Shown piece by piece: positions 31,681 to 42,165 of a stretch of 64,000 nucleotides of DNA. The stretch is from Myxococcales bacterium (GTDB lineage Bacteria > Myxococcota_A > Polyangia > Polyangiales > DASUME01). Positions within the stretch are counted from its first letter, which is position 1. Each line of letters begins with the position of its first letter. The notes below the pieces were generated by a model, which was given only the letters and a program-made list of their open reading frames with translations, made no database searches and was not told the DNA's origin. The DNA is taken from positions 6,400,001 through 6,464,000 of the forward strand of contig JASGJH010000001.1 of assembly GCA_047601445.1 (NCBI GenBank). The letters are read 5' to 3'. The translations under genes were made by a program, and so were the position numbers.

Positions 31681-33226
31681 GGGCCGTCTCCTGCACTTTC
31701 TTGTGCGCGTGCGACGCGCTCGTCTTGGTGAGTTGTACTCGTGAGGCCACCAGCATGGCCAGGGCCATGATCGACACCTGCGGGTTCACACCCACGGCGC
31801 TGGGGAACAAGCTCGCGTCGGCCACGTAGCAGCCCGGCAGGTCCCACAGCTGTCCGCTCGGGTCCACCACCGAGCTCTCCGCGCGGCTGCCGATCTGCGC
31901 CGTGCCCATGAGATGCACGGTGAACATGTCGAGCGTGCTCTTCTTGATGTGCTTGGTGTCGACTCGCTTGAGGTCGTCCACCGAGTGGGCCACGTGCATG
32001 TGGGCGAAAGGCAAGAGCACCTTCTCGGCGCCCATCGCGAAGTGGAGCTCGGCCAGATGTCGCGCCCCCTCCACCAAACGCTCATGGTCATAGTCCGTGA
32101 GCGAGTAGCGCGCGCCGCCGAGTCCGAAGGGAGCCCGCTGCACACTGCCCGTGGTGGAGTCTTCGATGAGCACGCCCGTGAGTGCCATCCGGTTGTAGTC
32201 GCGCAGGAGCTCCCAGGCCTCGCTGCCGTGGAACGGCAGCTGCGACGCCAGCGCACCAGGCGGCACCATGTTCTCGGCGAGCTTGATGCCGCGCGCTTCG
32301 AACTGGCGGATCTGGCCGGCCTGGCTCACGCCCTTCCAGCCACGCAGCTCGAAGGGATACACCGCCAGCACCTTCACGTTGGGATGACAGGTGAAGTTCT
32401 TGCCGAGCAGCCTGCTCGGGCGGCCTAGCTTGTGCGCCTGCAGCAGGAGCGGCGTCTGCACCGCGCCGCAAGCCACCACCACGGCACGCCCGCGGATGGT
32501 GATCTTGCGCGGGGACCTGCGTGTGCGCCGATCGATGGAGACACCCTCCACGCCCACGCAGCGCCCGCCCTCGATCAACAGGCGCTCCACGCGCACCTCG
32601 CTGAGGCAGGCAGCGCCCTTCGCGAAGGCGCGCGGCAGGTAGCTCACCAGCGTGGATTGCTTGGCGCCCGTGGGGCAGCCGAGCACGCAGTTGTTGGCGC
32701 CCACGCAGCCGTGCTGATTGCGGTGGTTGTGCAGATAGGACCAGCCGAGCTTCTCCGCGCCTTCGCGCATGATGCGGCTGTCCTCGCCGATGGACTCGGG
32801 GGACTGCGGCTTCGCCGAGATGTCCTGCTCTACGCGCTCGAAGGCCGACTCGAGCGCCGCCGTCGAGAGCTCGCTCAGACCGCTCTTTTCGACCCAGTGC
32901 TTGAGCACGCGCTCGGGCGCGCGCCAGGTCATGCCGCCGTTGATGGTGGTGCTTCCGCCCACGCAGCGCCCCTCGATGAAGGGAATCGGCGGGGCCCCCA
33001 TGATCACGGTGGCGCTCGCGTCGCGATACAGCCGCGGCACGGACTCGGTGACGTAGGGGTTGAAGCTCTCGGTCTTGTGGTGCGCGCCCTCTTCCACGAA
33101 GAGCACGCTGTGACCTGCCTCGGCCAACAGCGCGCCCACCACGGAGCCGCCGGCGCCGGTGCCCACGATCACCACGTCGGCTTCGAACGTGCGCTCCTGC
33201 TCGTAGTCTTCGTATCGCAACATCAT
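31664..33226 (-). CDS. GMC family FAD oxidoreductase
   Basis: GTGAGG, GRCVGGSTTINGG, CVGANNCVLGC, VHLMGT, GVNPQ. Confidence 0.93.
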   Translation of the reverse strand: MMLRYEDYEQERTFEADVVIVGTGAGGSVVGALLAEAGHSVLFVEEGAHHKTESFNPYVTESVPRLYRDASATVIMGAPPIPFIEGRCVGGSTTINGGMTWRAPERVLKHWVEKSGLSELSTAALESAFERVEQDISAKPQSPESIGEDSRIMREGAEKLGWSYLHNHRNQHGCVGANNCVLGCPTGAKQSTLVSYLPRAFAKGAACLSEVRVERLLIEGGRCVGVEGVSIDRRTRRSPRKITIRGRAVVVACGAVQTPLLLQAHKLGRPSRLLGKNFTCHPNVKVLAVYPFELRGWKGVSQAGQIRQFEARGIKLAENMVPPGALASQLPFHGSEAWELLRDYNRMALTGVLIEDSTTGSVQRAPFGLGGARYSLTDYDHERLVEGARHLAELHFAMGAEKVLLPFAHMHVAHSVDDLKRVDTKHIKKSTLDMFTVHLMGTAQIGSRAESSVVDPSGQLWDLPGCYVADASLFPSAVGVNPQVSIMALAMLVASRVQLTKTSASHAHKKVQETAHAAAE

Positions 33227-33810
33227 GACAGCACCACCAGCTTGGACTTCTTGGGTCGCTCGCCGTCCTGCGCTTGCGCGCGTTGTTCCTCGGCCAGGAT
33301 CTCCTCGCGGCGCAGGTTGCGCTCGCGGATGAAGGCGCGTGGCTCGTAGTCGAGCACGGCGTGCACTTCGTCCTGGTCGAAGTACGCCGACAGCACGATG
33401 GCCTTGGGGGCCAACATCATCATTCTGAGCGGCAACACACGGCTCAACGCGATGCCCGCCAGCACCCGGCTCGCCTCGGCCTGCGGCAGGCTCGAGAGGC
33501 GCTTGAACGCGTGAAAGCGCCACACCGGCGCCCAGGCCAACAGGCGCACCAGCAGCACGAAGCCGAGCCGCAGGGCCGGTGGCATGTACTGCATCATGCA
33601 GCGCACCTGGCGCTCCACCCGGGCCTCGATGTCGGCCGGACGTGGCGCGGGCGGCGGCGGGAGCAGGGCCCAGACCACGCTCTTGAGCGCGCGCTCACTG
33701 GCCGCGGAGAGCGGGGCCGGGTCGGCCAAACACCAGCCGTCCTGAGGATGGCGCTCGACCGTGCGGGCGACGGGGGGAGGGGATGGTTGGCGATCGACGT
33801 GGGCCATCAT
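33223..33810 (-). CDS. Small partner of the GMC enzyme (gluconate 2-dehydrogenase subunit 3-like, tentative)
   Basis: Translationally coupled on both sides; RLSSLP...K..VLSAYFD..V...LDY pattern. Confidence 0.6.
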   Translation of the reverse strand: MMAHVDRQPSPPPVARTVERHPQDGWCLADPAPLSAASERALKSVVWALLPPPPAPRPADIEARVERQVRCMMQYMPPALRLGFVLLVRLLAWAPVWRFHAFKRLSSLPQAEASRVLAGIALSRVLPLRMMMLAPKAIVLSAYFDQDEVHAVLDYEPRAFIRERNLRREEILAEEQRAQAQDGERPKKSKLVVLS

Positions 33811-34628
33811 CGGGCGACTCCTTGGCGAACGTGGGTGGTCTCGACGTCGTCGCTCGCGTTGTCGCCCGCCAAGTAGGGAGCGAGCAGTGCGCGGACGTTG
33901 ACATCGATGGCGTCGTAGTGTGCGCGCATCAGCTGCACGGCCTGGGCCCGGTCGCGGGCCACGCTGGCTGCCAGCAAGCGCGAAGCGAAGCTCGACAGGC
34001 TCGGCTCGAACACCACCAGGGTGGGCCAGCGCTCGTGGATCTCGTGGGTGAGGTCGAGCAGGGGGCGCGATAGCCAGCGCACGATCTGGTCGTGCGTGCC
34101 CTCGACCAGGGCGTCGTACATGCGGGCCTCGGCCACGATCAGTCCGCGCGGGTCCCGCGCCAGCTCCGCCTCCCTCACCGCACGCAGGGCATCTTCCACG
34201 GGGCTCAGGTCCGCCGGCTCGAAGCGCTCCACGAAGCGCTCCACGGCGTACTCGAGCACGCGCTTGCGCGGCTCGAGCACGTTGAGCATGAGCTCGGCCT
34301 TCTCACGCAGGTCGCTGCCTGCCGCCAAAAAGGGCGCCACCAGGTCGAGTCCGCCCGTGCGTCGGAAGTCGCTCACCGTGACGCCTTGTCCGTGCCGCAC
34401 GCTCACCAGGCCCGACTGCTCGAGGCGGCGAATTGCCTCCCGCAGCGTGTTGCGGTTGGTGTTGAAGCGCTCGGCCAGCTCGCGCTCGCCCGGCAAGCGG
34501 GTGCCCGCTGGCCACTCGTCGCTGAGGATGCGGGTCCTGAAGTCCGCGTACAGGTCCTCCATGCGGGCCTGGGGGCGCGACTCGGGGAGGGCGGTGGGGC
34601 TCGACTTACGGGAGGGATCCAATGGCAT
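33807..34628 (-). CDS. GntR/FadR family transcriptional regulator
   Basis: GTRLPGERELAERFNTNRNTLREAIRRLEQSGLV..RHGQG HTH. Alternative start at 34562. Confidence 0.93.
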   Translation of the reverse strand: MPLDPSRKSSPTALPESRPQARMEDLYADFRTRILSDEWPAGTRLPGERELAERFNTNRNTLREAIRRLEQSGLVSVRHGQGVTVSDFRRTGGLDLVAPFLAAGSDLREKAELMLNVLEPRKRVLEYAVERFVERFEPADLSPVEDALRAVREAELARDPRGLIVAEARMYDALVEGTHDQIVRWLSRPLLDLTHEIHERWPTLVVFEPSLSSFASRLLAASVARDRAQAVQLMRAHYDAIDVNVRALLAPYLAGDNASDDVETTHVRQGVAR

Positions 34629-34629
34629 C

Positions 34630-34672
34630 TGGTTGAACCACTATGGCCACGGAATGTGGACTGGTTCAACCA
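34630..34672. promoter_or_regulatory. Two FadR-type operator palindromes
   Basis: TGGTTGAACCA (34630-34640) and TGGTTCAACCA (34662-34672), both TGGT-N3-ACCA, immediately upstream of the regulator. Confidence 0.75.
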
Positions 34673-34808
34673 CCTTTTTCCAATTTCTCAACACCATGAA
34701 ACCATTGATGTTGTCGCTATGGGCTCGGACGCCATGACCGATCTGGGTCGGCGTCAATAGCTTGCGACTCGACCTCCGAGGCGGGCCCGGGCGATGCTCT
34801 CCGACCTC

Positions 34809-36653
34809 ATGCAGAGCGCACCGATTCGCGTTGGTTTTCTCAGGGCGTACGCCTTGCCGGCCGTCTGGCTCTTCGCGCTGCCGGCGTTCGCGCTCTGGTT
34901 CGCAGGCCACGCGATGCAGCGCTTCGACACCCAGTTCATGGAGGCGGTGACGCCGCGCATCGAGCAGTCGCCAGAGCTCTCGGCCGCGGACAAGCAAGCT
35001 GCCTTGGCGTTCTACCGGGCCCAGCCGCCCTCCATGGCTTGCCTCGATCGCAGTGAGGACCTGGCCGAGTATCGTGGGGATCTCGGCGAGGCCTGCTCCG
35101 ACGTGGAGCAGTTCGGTTGGATTCGTCGCCTGTCCCGGATCTCCATCGGGCTCGGCCTGGCGTCGTTGATCCTGGCGTTGGCCTGCGCGCTGGCCTCGTT
35201 CGTGTCGCGCCCCATGCAGTACGCGAGCTTCGTGGTCGGTTGGCACGTGCTGAAGCTGGTGGGTGCAGCCCAGACGGTGTTGATGGGGACGTTGGCCGTG
35301 CTGTTGTCCTATTGGATGACCGCGCTCTGGACCCAACGCTATTACCCGAAGCTGATCCTCATCGCGGGCGCGCTGGCGCTGTTCGGCATGTACGCCGTGG
35401 TGGTGGCCATCTTCCGGCGTCCACGCGGCGGGCTCGATGTGGAGGGCGAGCTGGTGGAGGAGCCGTCGTCGCCCGAGCTTTGGGGTCGCATTCGCGAGCT
35501 GAGCAAGGACATGGAGACCGCGCCGCCGAACCACGTGGTGGCCGGTATCGACGACAACTTCTTCGTCACCGAGGGCGAGGTCCGACTCGGCGGACGCACC
35601 CTCACGGGGCGCACCCTCTACGTGAGCCTCTCGCTCTTGCGCATCCTCAAGCGCAGCGAGGCGGAGGCCGTGCTGTGCCACGAGCTGGCCCACTTGCGCG
35701 GCGGCGACACGGGCCACTCCAAGAAGCTCTCGCCCATGATCGCTCAGTTCTGGCAGTACATGGAGGCGCTGCACCAGGGCCTGATCACGCGGCCCATCTT
35801 CCACTTCATGCTGGCCTACTACGGACTGTTCGCGCTGAGCCTCGGGCGCAGCAATCGCGAGCGCGAGTTCGCCGCCGACACCATGGCGGCCAAATACACC
35901 TCCGCCGAGGACATCGCCCGCTCGCTGATCAAGATTGGCGCCTACGCGAGCTACCGGGGACGCGTGGAGGAGGCGCTGTTCGAGAAAAACGAGCAGCACG
36001 CCCACGTGGGCATTGCCGAGCGCGTGGTGCGAGGCTTCGCGGGCTACGCCAACACCGAAGCCGTGCATTTCGATCTGCACGAGGCGGTCACGCCGCATCC
36101 GTTCGATTCCCACCCGCCGCTCAAGGACCGCCTGGCGAACGTGCAGATGCAGATCGAGCGCAATCAGTACGAGCACGTGCTGCTCGAGCCCATCGACTCG
36201 TCGTGGATGGAGGGCATCCATGGTGGCACCGAGATGGAGCAGCGCATGTGGGCGGCCTACGAGGCGCGCTTCACGGCGGCCCACGAGCTGGCCCTGGCCT
36301 ACCGCTACGAGCCCGCCAACGAACAGGAGCGGGCCCACGTCGAGAAGTACTTCCCGCCCATCGCCTTCGCGGGCAAAGAGGACGCGCCCGGGGTGCACTT
36401 CGACTACGAGAAGATCACCCACGCCGAGTGGGAGAATGCCCTGCCTTATGCGCAGATCGCCTCGGCCGCCGTCGACGAGCGCCTGTTCAAAAAGTACCTG
36501 GACCTCACGCTGGCAGGCAGCGGCCTCTTCAAGGGCAAACGCTCGATCTGCCTGAGCAAAGTCCAGGATCCGGACGGCGTGCTGGCGGCCTTCAACCGCT
36601 ACTACGGGCGCCACCGGCACATGGTGGAACAGCGCGCGGCAAAGGCAGCTTAG
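34809..36653 (+). CDS. M48 (HtpX-like) membrane metalloprotease with C-terminal extension
   Basis: Several TM helices, HELAH, REREFAAD, DSHPPLKDR. Confidence 0.88.
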   Translation: MQSAPIRVGFLRAYALPAVWLFALPAFALWFAGHAMQRFDTQFMEAVTPRIEQSPELSAADKQAALAFYRAQPPSMACLDRSEDLAEYRGDLGEACSDVEQFGWIRRLSRISIGLGLASLILALACALASFVSRPMQYASFVVGWHVLKLVGAAQTVLMGTLAVLLSYWMTALWTQRYYPKLILIAGALALFGMYAVVVAIFRRPRGGLDVEGELVEEPSSPELWGRIRELSKDMETAPPNHVVAGIDDNFFVTEGEVRLGGRTLTGRTLYVSLSLLRILKRSEAEAVLCHELAHLRGGDTGHSKKLSPMIAQFWQYMEALHQGLITRPIFHFMLAYYGLFALSLGRSNREREFAADTMAAKYTSAEDIARSLIKIGAYASYRGRVEEALFEKNEQHAHVGIAERVVRGFAGYANTEAVHFDLHEAVTPHPFDSHPPLKDRLANVQMQIERNQYEHVLLEPIDSSWMEGIHGGTEMEQRMWAAYEARFTAAHELALAYRYEPANEQERAHVEKYFPPIAFAGKEDAPGVHFDYEKITHAEWENALPYAQIASAAVDERLFKKYLDLTLAGSGLFKGKRSICLSKVQDPDGVLAAFNRYYGRHRHMVEQRAAKAA

Positions 36654-36768
36654 GCCGCCCCCCGACGTACCCGGTGATGGGGGCGTGCCGGCGTCGTGTC
36701 GCAGCCGCTTGTCAGGAGCGCGCAGCACCCGCAAAGTGCGGCTGCGATCGACGTTGGGGAGGGATGAG

Positions 36769-38658
36769 ATGCGAAGGTGGCCGAAGGGGCTCGTGCCCTG
36801 CTTGTGTCTGGTTGGGCTCGTGGCTTGCTCGGGTAGTAACGACGACGAGCTCGAGTCGGACTCCGGGCCCCGCATGGGAGACACCGACAGCGGCACCGGA
36901 GTGGGCGCCGACGCAGGCATGGACGCCCAGGTCGTCGTGCCCATCCAGGACGCCGGAAAAGATGCGAGCCCGCCCGAGCAGGACAGCGGCCCCGCGGTGC
37001 TCGCCATCGTGCTGAGCGCGGTCAGCACCACCGTCACCACCAACGACACCAGCGTGAGCGCCAACGTGATGGGCCAGGGCATCACGCAGGTGGCCTTCTA
37101 CGAGGGACAGACCCTGCTCGGCACCGACACGACGAGTCCCTTCGAGCAGCCCCTGAGCTTCGGCTTCTTCGACAACGGCATGCACACCTACACGGGCGTC
37201 GTCACGGGCGCCGATGGCCAGGTTACGTCGTTGCCCCTCACGCTCACGGTGAACGTACCGCCGAACGGCTACTTCGTGAACCCCAGCACGGGTGACGACA
37301 CCAACAACAACGGCACGCAGGGAGCGCCCTACAAGACGCTGCAGAAAGCCGCGCAGGTCACCCTCGACAACCAGTACGTGTACCTGCAAGACGGCAACTA
37401 CATCCTCACCACCAACCAGCCGACCTTCCAGGTGAACTTCAAGCCCGGTGTTCACCTCTACGGTATGTCCAAGACCGGCGTCGTGTTCCAGGCCAACGCC
37501 AGCGCGAACCAGGTCAACTTCACGGGCGGCGGTTCGATCGAGAACGTCCAGTTCGATACCTTCAACCAGGGGGTCGGGGTCAGCGGCTCGGGCACCTTCA
37601 CGATGCGCAACGTGCAGTTCGCCAATGTGAACACGCCCCTGCTCGTGAACGGCAACCTGCAGGTCACGCTGGACGGTACCGAGCGCCCCATGTTCGTGAA
37701 CCTGGGCAATTCGGTGAACCAGGCAGTGTGGCTCGACGGTACTTCACAGACGCACTTCAAGGGTGACGTGGCGAACATTGGTTTGGGGGCGGGCCTGTTC
37801 TTCGCTCGCGGAAACGCCATGCTCACCATCGAGGACTCTAACTTCACCAACATCGATCGCCCGCTTTTCATGGGATACGACAACGCGAAGCTGGCCCTCA
37901 TCAACACCGTGCTCGATGACATGAGCTGGGGGCCTCAAACGATTCAAGGCGTGATCGAGATGGGTGGACAGCAGCAGGGAGGGAACACCGCGCAATACGG
38001 CGTCGAACTTACGGACTGCACCTTGCGCAACAGCAGCCTGGTCATGATCCGCATCAACCGCTCGCAGACCAAGCTAAACACGATCGCGGTGAAGCTCACG
38101 CGCACGACCATCGAGAGCAACCAGCAAGACGCCATCTACGTGCGTGACGACAGCATTCCGTACATGGCAGCCGACGACATCAAGATCGAGCTCGTGGACA
38201 GCGTGATCAAGAACAACCTGGGCAACGGCATCAACGCGTTCGCCTCCAAGGTCGAGGTCACCGGCGGCGAAATCTCGGGCAACGGCAACGCCAATACGGA
38301 AAACGAGATCCTGCTCTCCAACGCGACCTACCCGAACTCGCTCAAGCTCCGCGGGGTCACGCTGGGAGGCAACGGCTTGGGCCACGCCATCTCCGTGGAT
38401 GGCAGCAACACCTCCGTGCTCGACCTGGGCACCGCCGCAGACCTCGGCAACAACACCTTCAGCAACGTCCCGGCGTCCCGCGCGGTGCTCAATTTGGTCG
38501 CCCCCATCGCGGGCCAAGCCATCGGCAACACTTGGCTCCCCAACGTGCAGACCGCCGATGCCGCCGGACACTTCCCGGCTGGCAAGACCATCCCGGCCAG
38601 CACCACCGGCCAGAACGTCACCACGGCGGCGGGCGCGAGCGTGGTGGTCTCGCAGTGA
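36769..38658 (+). CDS. Lipoprotein with Ig-like domain and DUF1565/right-handed beta-helix
   Basis: Lipobox LVAC; VAFYEGQTLLGTDTTSPF; YFVNPSTGDD...APYKTLQKA; DLGTAADLGNNTF. Confidence 0.8.
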   Translation: MRRWPKGLVPCLCLVGLVACSGSNDDELESDSGPRMGDTDSGTGVGADAGMDAQVVVPIQDAGKDASPPEQDSGPAVLAIVLSAVSTTVTTNDTSVSANVMGQGITQVAFYEGQTLLGTDTTSPFEQPLSFGFFDNGMHTYTGVVTGADGQVTSLPLTLTVNVPPNGYFVNPSTGDDTNNNGTQGAPYKTLQKAAQVTLDNQYVYLQDGNYILTTNQPTFQVNFKPGVHLYGMSKTGVVFQANASANQVNFTGGGSIENVQFDTFNQGVGVSGSGTFTMRNVQFANVNTPLLVNGNLQVTLDGTERPMFVNLGNSVNQAVWLDGTSQTHFKGDVANIGLGAGLFFARGNAMLTIEDSNFTNIDRPLFMGYDNAKLALINTVLDDMSWGPQTIQGVIEMGGQQQGGNTAQYGVELTDCTLRNSSLVMIRINRSQTKLNTIAVKLTRTTIESNQQDAIYVRDDSIPYMAADDIKIELVDSVIKNNLGNGINAFASKVEVTGGEISGNGNANTENEILLSNATYPNSLKLRGVTLGGNGLGHAISVDGSNTSVLDLGTAADLGNNTFSNVPASRAVLNLVAPIAGQAIGNTWLPNVQTADAAGHFPAGKTIPASTTGQNVTTAAGASVVVSQ

Positions 38659-38718
38659 GGTGACACAGAGCGAGTGATTTTCGCTCGAGCGGGAGCGACG
38701 CTCGCTTATGATTCGCCC

Positions 38719-39075
38719 ATGACGATGACCAAAACGGCGAGCGGACTGCAGTACGAAGACACCAGTGTGGGCGATGGCGCGGAGGCCAAGGGCGGCCACA
38801 CCTGCGTCATGCACTACACCGGCTGGCTCTGGGTGAACAACGCCAAGGGGGCCAAGTTCGACAGCTCGGTGGATCGGGGCAAGCCCTTCCAGTTCAAGCT
38901 CGGCGCGGGGCAGGTCATCAAGGGCTGGGACGAAGGGGTCCAGGGCATCAAGATCAATGGCAAGCGAACGCTGCTCATTCCGCCGGATCTCGGCTACGGC
39001 GCGCGCGGTGCGGGTGGGGTGATTCCGCCCAACGCCACGCTGTTGTTCGAAGTGCAGCTGCTCGAGCTGAAGTAG
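38719..39075 (+). CDS. FKBP-type peptidyl-prolyl isomerase
   Basis: HYTGWL, FDSS, QVIKGWDEG, LGYGARG...IPPNATLLFEV. Confidence 0.96.
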   Translation: MTMTKTASGLQYEDTSVGDGAEAKGGHTCVMHYTGWLWVNNAKGAKFDSSVDRGKPFQFKLGAGQVIKGWDEGVQGIKINGKRTLLIPPDLGYGARGAGGVIPPNATLLFEVQLLELK

Positions 39076-39115
39076 GGTTGCTCTGAAGCCACGGGTGCTT
39101 CAGTAGGCAGTCCGC

Positions 39116-39718
39116 GTGTCGTCTTGCTTCCGTCGTCGTTCTCAGGGTTGGCTTGCGCTCTGCGCGGTGTGGGTGGCTTGCTGTTGGCGGCCTGCCCCTG
39201 TGCGGGCAGACGCGCAGCCAGACGAGAGCGCAAGCTCGGAGCAGCGCCGCGACAAGAGCGCGACTTCGGGGCTCGCGATTGGAGCCGGGTTCGGAAACGA
39301 CACGGCGGGGCTCGGCGGCGTCTTCGACTACTACGTGCAGGGGCACAATCCGCGCCTGCGGATCGCGTTGAGCGGCGCGCTCGGTGCGTGGCCTGCCCTG
39401 GGCTGGGGCACGCTCTGGAGGCCCGCGGTGGCGCTTGGTGTGCGGGGCTCGTTCGGACGGCGCCAGCGCATGACCTTCGGGCTTCACGCGGTTCCGCACG
39501 GCGCCCAGGTGCTCGCGCTGCATGGCGAGGAAATGACCGACGCGCACGTGAGCTATGGCGTGGGTCTGCAGGTCGGTTGGGAATGGATGAAGCGCGGAGG
39601 CTTCTTCATGCGCGCTTCCATCGGCCCTGGCTATGGCTTCTACCCGCGCATCTATCGCGAGGTCGGGTACTGGACCGCAAGCTTCAACGTGCTGACCATG
39701 GGGTACAAACTATGGTGA
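39116..39718 (+). CDS. Hypothetical exported protein, probable beta-barrel
   Basis: Signal-like N-terminus, alternating strands, C-terminal GYKLW. Confidence 0.55.
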   Translation: MSSCFRRRSQGWLALCAVWVACCWRPAPVRADAQPDESASSEQRRDKSATSGLAIGAGFGNDTAGLGGVFDYYVQGHNPRLRIALSGALGAWPALGWGTLWRPAVALGVRGSFGRRQRMTFGLHAVPHGAQVLALHGEEMTDAHVSYGVGLQVGWEWMKRGGFFMRASIGPGYGFYPRIYREVGYWTASFNVLTMGYKLW

Positions 39719-41001
39719 AGGCGCTCCGGATCCTCGGACTCCTGTCCCTGTTCGGCGTCGCGCTTGCTGCCTGCGCCGCACCGCGCTGCGAACCCGAAGA
39801 GGCCTGCGACATCCGCCAGAAGAGCTGCCAAAAGCGCGCGCTGCGCTGGGCCAAGTGCCTGCGCGAGGCTGACGCCAAGCTCGATGTGGACGTGAAGACG
39901 GTTTCTGCCGCCACGTTGATCGACGATCGGACGCGCGAGAGTGAGGCGGGCTCGGATCCGCATGAGGACGCCTTTCAGAAGGGGCTTTCGTTGCTGGACC
40001 TGGCCGCGCTGCGGACCACGCGTGAGAGCGTGGCAGACCAGGTGCACTGGCTGGGAGCCTCCTATGACCCCTCCGAGAAGAGCATCACCGTGGTGGATCA
40101 CGGGCACGCGCTCGACACTCCGGGCTACATGTTCATGCTGGTGCACGAGTTCGTGCACGCGCTGCAAGACGAGAGTGGGGGGCTGAGTACACCCACTGCG
40201 CCCACCTACGACGCCCACTTGGCCATGGACGCCATCGTCGAGGGCGAGGCCACGGTGCTGGAGGACGAAGCGGCTTCGGATGGGCTCGGCTTCGATTTCG
40301 GAAGCGTGGACTACGAGCGCATCTTGCGCGACTTCCGCCAGAGCTCCATGTCCGACGCGAAGTACAGCGAGAGCTTCATGGATGCCGCTTATCGCGAGTT
40401 CTCCTATGCGTTCGGCGCGAGTTACCTGTGGGAGCGACCCGGCTATCGCCACAACGCCCGCATCGCTTACAAGCGTCCTCCAGTCTCCACCTTCGCGGTG
40501 ATGGAGGGGGATCCCGAGCACTTCGACGCGCACCCCAACGACCTCGGCGAAGAAGCGGTACCCGTACTCGATGGTCTCGGTCCGGCCCTCCACATGCACC
40601 TCGGGCGCTTCGTCTACGAGGGCTTCACGCAGCGCTTCATGCGTCACCATCATGAAGATCTCGGCGCCCTCCCGCGCTCGCCCCAGCGCTTCTTGGCGGA
40701 CACGTTCAGCGTGTTCGAGCGCGGGGGTGAGGTACTCGTCAGCTGGCGCGTGCGCTTCGATGACGAGGGCTTGTGTGCGCAGGGGCTCGCCTACGCCTTC
40801 AGCCAAATCGACGAGGCAGGACGCGGCTACCGTGTGCTCCGGCGGGGCACCGACGCGATCCTCTTGATCGCGTCCGACAGCTTGGCCAGCTGGGCGCTGC
40901 CCGAGGATCTCGAATGGACCTCCGCCGACGGGCCCGACTTCGGCATCGGGCTCGACGCGGCCCCCGCGCGCACGCGCTGCGCGCTGCGGGAACACCGCTG
41001 A
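39712..41001 (+). CDS. Zincin-like lipoprotein
   Basis: Lipobox LAAC, LVHEFVHALQD, AIVEGEAT. Confidence 0.75.
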   Translation: MVKALRILGLLSLFGVALAACAAPRCEPEEACDIRQKSCQKRALRWAKCLREADAKLDVDVKTVSAATLIDDRTRESEAGSDPHEDAFQKGLSLLDLAALRTTRESVADQVHWLGASYDPSEKSITVVDHGHALDTPGYMFMLVHEFVHALQDESGGLSTPTAPTYDAHLAMDAIVEGEATVLEDEAASDGLGFDFGSVDYERILRDFRQSSMSDAKYSESFMDAAYREFSYAFGASYLWERPGYRHNARIAYKRPPVSTFAVMEGDPEHFDAHPNDLGEEAVPVLDGLGPALHMHLGRFVYEGFTQRFMRHHHEDLGALPRSPQRFLADTFSVFERGGEVLVSWRVRFDDEGLCAQGLAYAFSQIDEAGRGYRVLRRGTDAILLIASDSLASWALPEDLEWTSADGPDFGIGLDAAPARTRCALREHR

Positions 41002-41004
41002 GAT

Positions 41005-42165
41005 TCACGCAAAGCTCGCCTCGTAGCTCTTGTCCTCCACATCCACGCCGTCCTGGGTGACCTGCAGCGGGGCACGACAGTCGAGCATCACGGCGAGCTC
41101 CTCGGTCTGCTTGCCGCCGACGCTGTGCTCGTATTTGCCCGGTTGCGGCCCGTGCGGCACACCGCGCGGATGCAGCGTCAGGCTGCCGGGCCCCACGCCC
41201 TCGCGCGACGCGAAGTCGCCGCTCACGTAGTAGAGCACCTCGTCGATATCCACGGAGGAGTGCGGATAGGGACAAGGGATGGCGTCGGGATGGAACTCGA
41301 GCGGGCGCGGCACGAAGCTGCAGATCAGCGCGCCTCCCGCGGCGAACGTGCCATGCCAGGTGGGCGGCAAGTGCACCGAGCTCACGCGCGGTTGGAACGC
41401 CAGGATGGGAAAAGCCCACGGGTACACGCTGCCATCCCAGCCCACCACGTCGAGCGGCGAGTGCGTGGCACAAAAGGTGTGGAACGCGTCGCGGCGCTTG
41501 ATCACCACGTCGCGCAGGCCCTCGTCCTGGGGGCCCACGAACTTGGGGGTACGAAAGTCGCGGTGGCAGTAAGGAGCGTCCATGCGCAGCTGGCCTACCT
41601 CGTTGCGGAAATGACTGGGGATGCCCACGCCGTTGCGACACTCGATGCTGAGGTACTCCTGAGGTTCGTTGGGCTCGAGCTCGAAGCGATGGATCAAGCC
41701 CTTGGGTACGAATACGTAGTCGAGAGGACCGAAGGCAAGGTCGCCGAGCACGCTGCGCAGCATGCCGCGTCCGCGCGCGATGAAGAGGAGCTCGTCCGCG
41801 TCGGCGTTGATGGAGTAGGCGCGATCGCTGCGGGTGGGTTTGGCCACGCCGAGGGCCACGTCGTCGTTGCACAGGAGCACCACGCGTGAGCCGCTCAAGG
41901 TGCCACCGCTGGCCACGCGCCCACCCACGAAGTGGCGTCGCTGCAGGCTGTTCTCGGGTGAGCTGATCAGCTTGGGGGCATGCTTCAAGGGCGTGGAGCT
42001 CGTGGGCTTGAGGCCTTGCGGGCGCCCCTGGTGATAGAGGATGGTGTAGGCCCCCTCGAAGCCTGCGCGCGTCAGGCACTCCTCGTAGCGGAGTTCACCC
42101 GCGGGACCCTTGAGTGCCAGGTGGTGCTTGGGCGGGAGCTCGCCGTGGGCGATGCGTTGCAACAT
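41005..42165 (-). CDS. hmgA: Homogentisate 1,2-dioxygenase
   Basis: NADADEL, DVVGWDG, HLPPTWH, PYPHSSVDIDEV, TLHPRGVPHGP. Confidence 0.93.
   Translation of the reverse strand: MLQRIAHGELPPKHHLALKGPAGELRYEECLTRAGFEGAYTILYHQGRPQGLKPTSSTPLKHAPKLISSPENSLQRRHFVGGRVASGGTLSGSRVVLLCNDDVALGVAKPTRSDRAYSINADADELLFIARGRGMLRSVLGDLAFGPLDYVFVPKGLIHRFELEPNEPQEYLSIECRNGVGIPSHFRNEVGQLRMDAPYCHRDFRTPKFVGPQDEGLRDVVIKRRDAFHTFCATHSPLDVVGWDGSVYPWAFPILAFQPRVSSVHLPPTWHGTFAAGGALICSFVPRPLEFHPDAIPCPYPHSSVDIDEVLYYVSGDFASREGVGPGSLTLHPRGVPHGPQPGKYEHSVGGKQTEELAVMLDCRAPLQVTQDGVDVEDKSYEASFA

Noticed and set aside
39083..39103. Terminator after the FKBP gene
   Set aside because: A 7-bp stem (CTGAAGC/GCTTCAG) without a U-tract; too weak to call.
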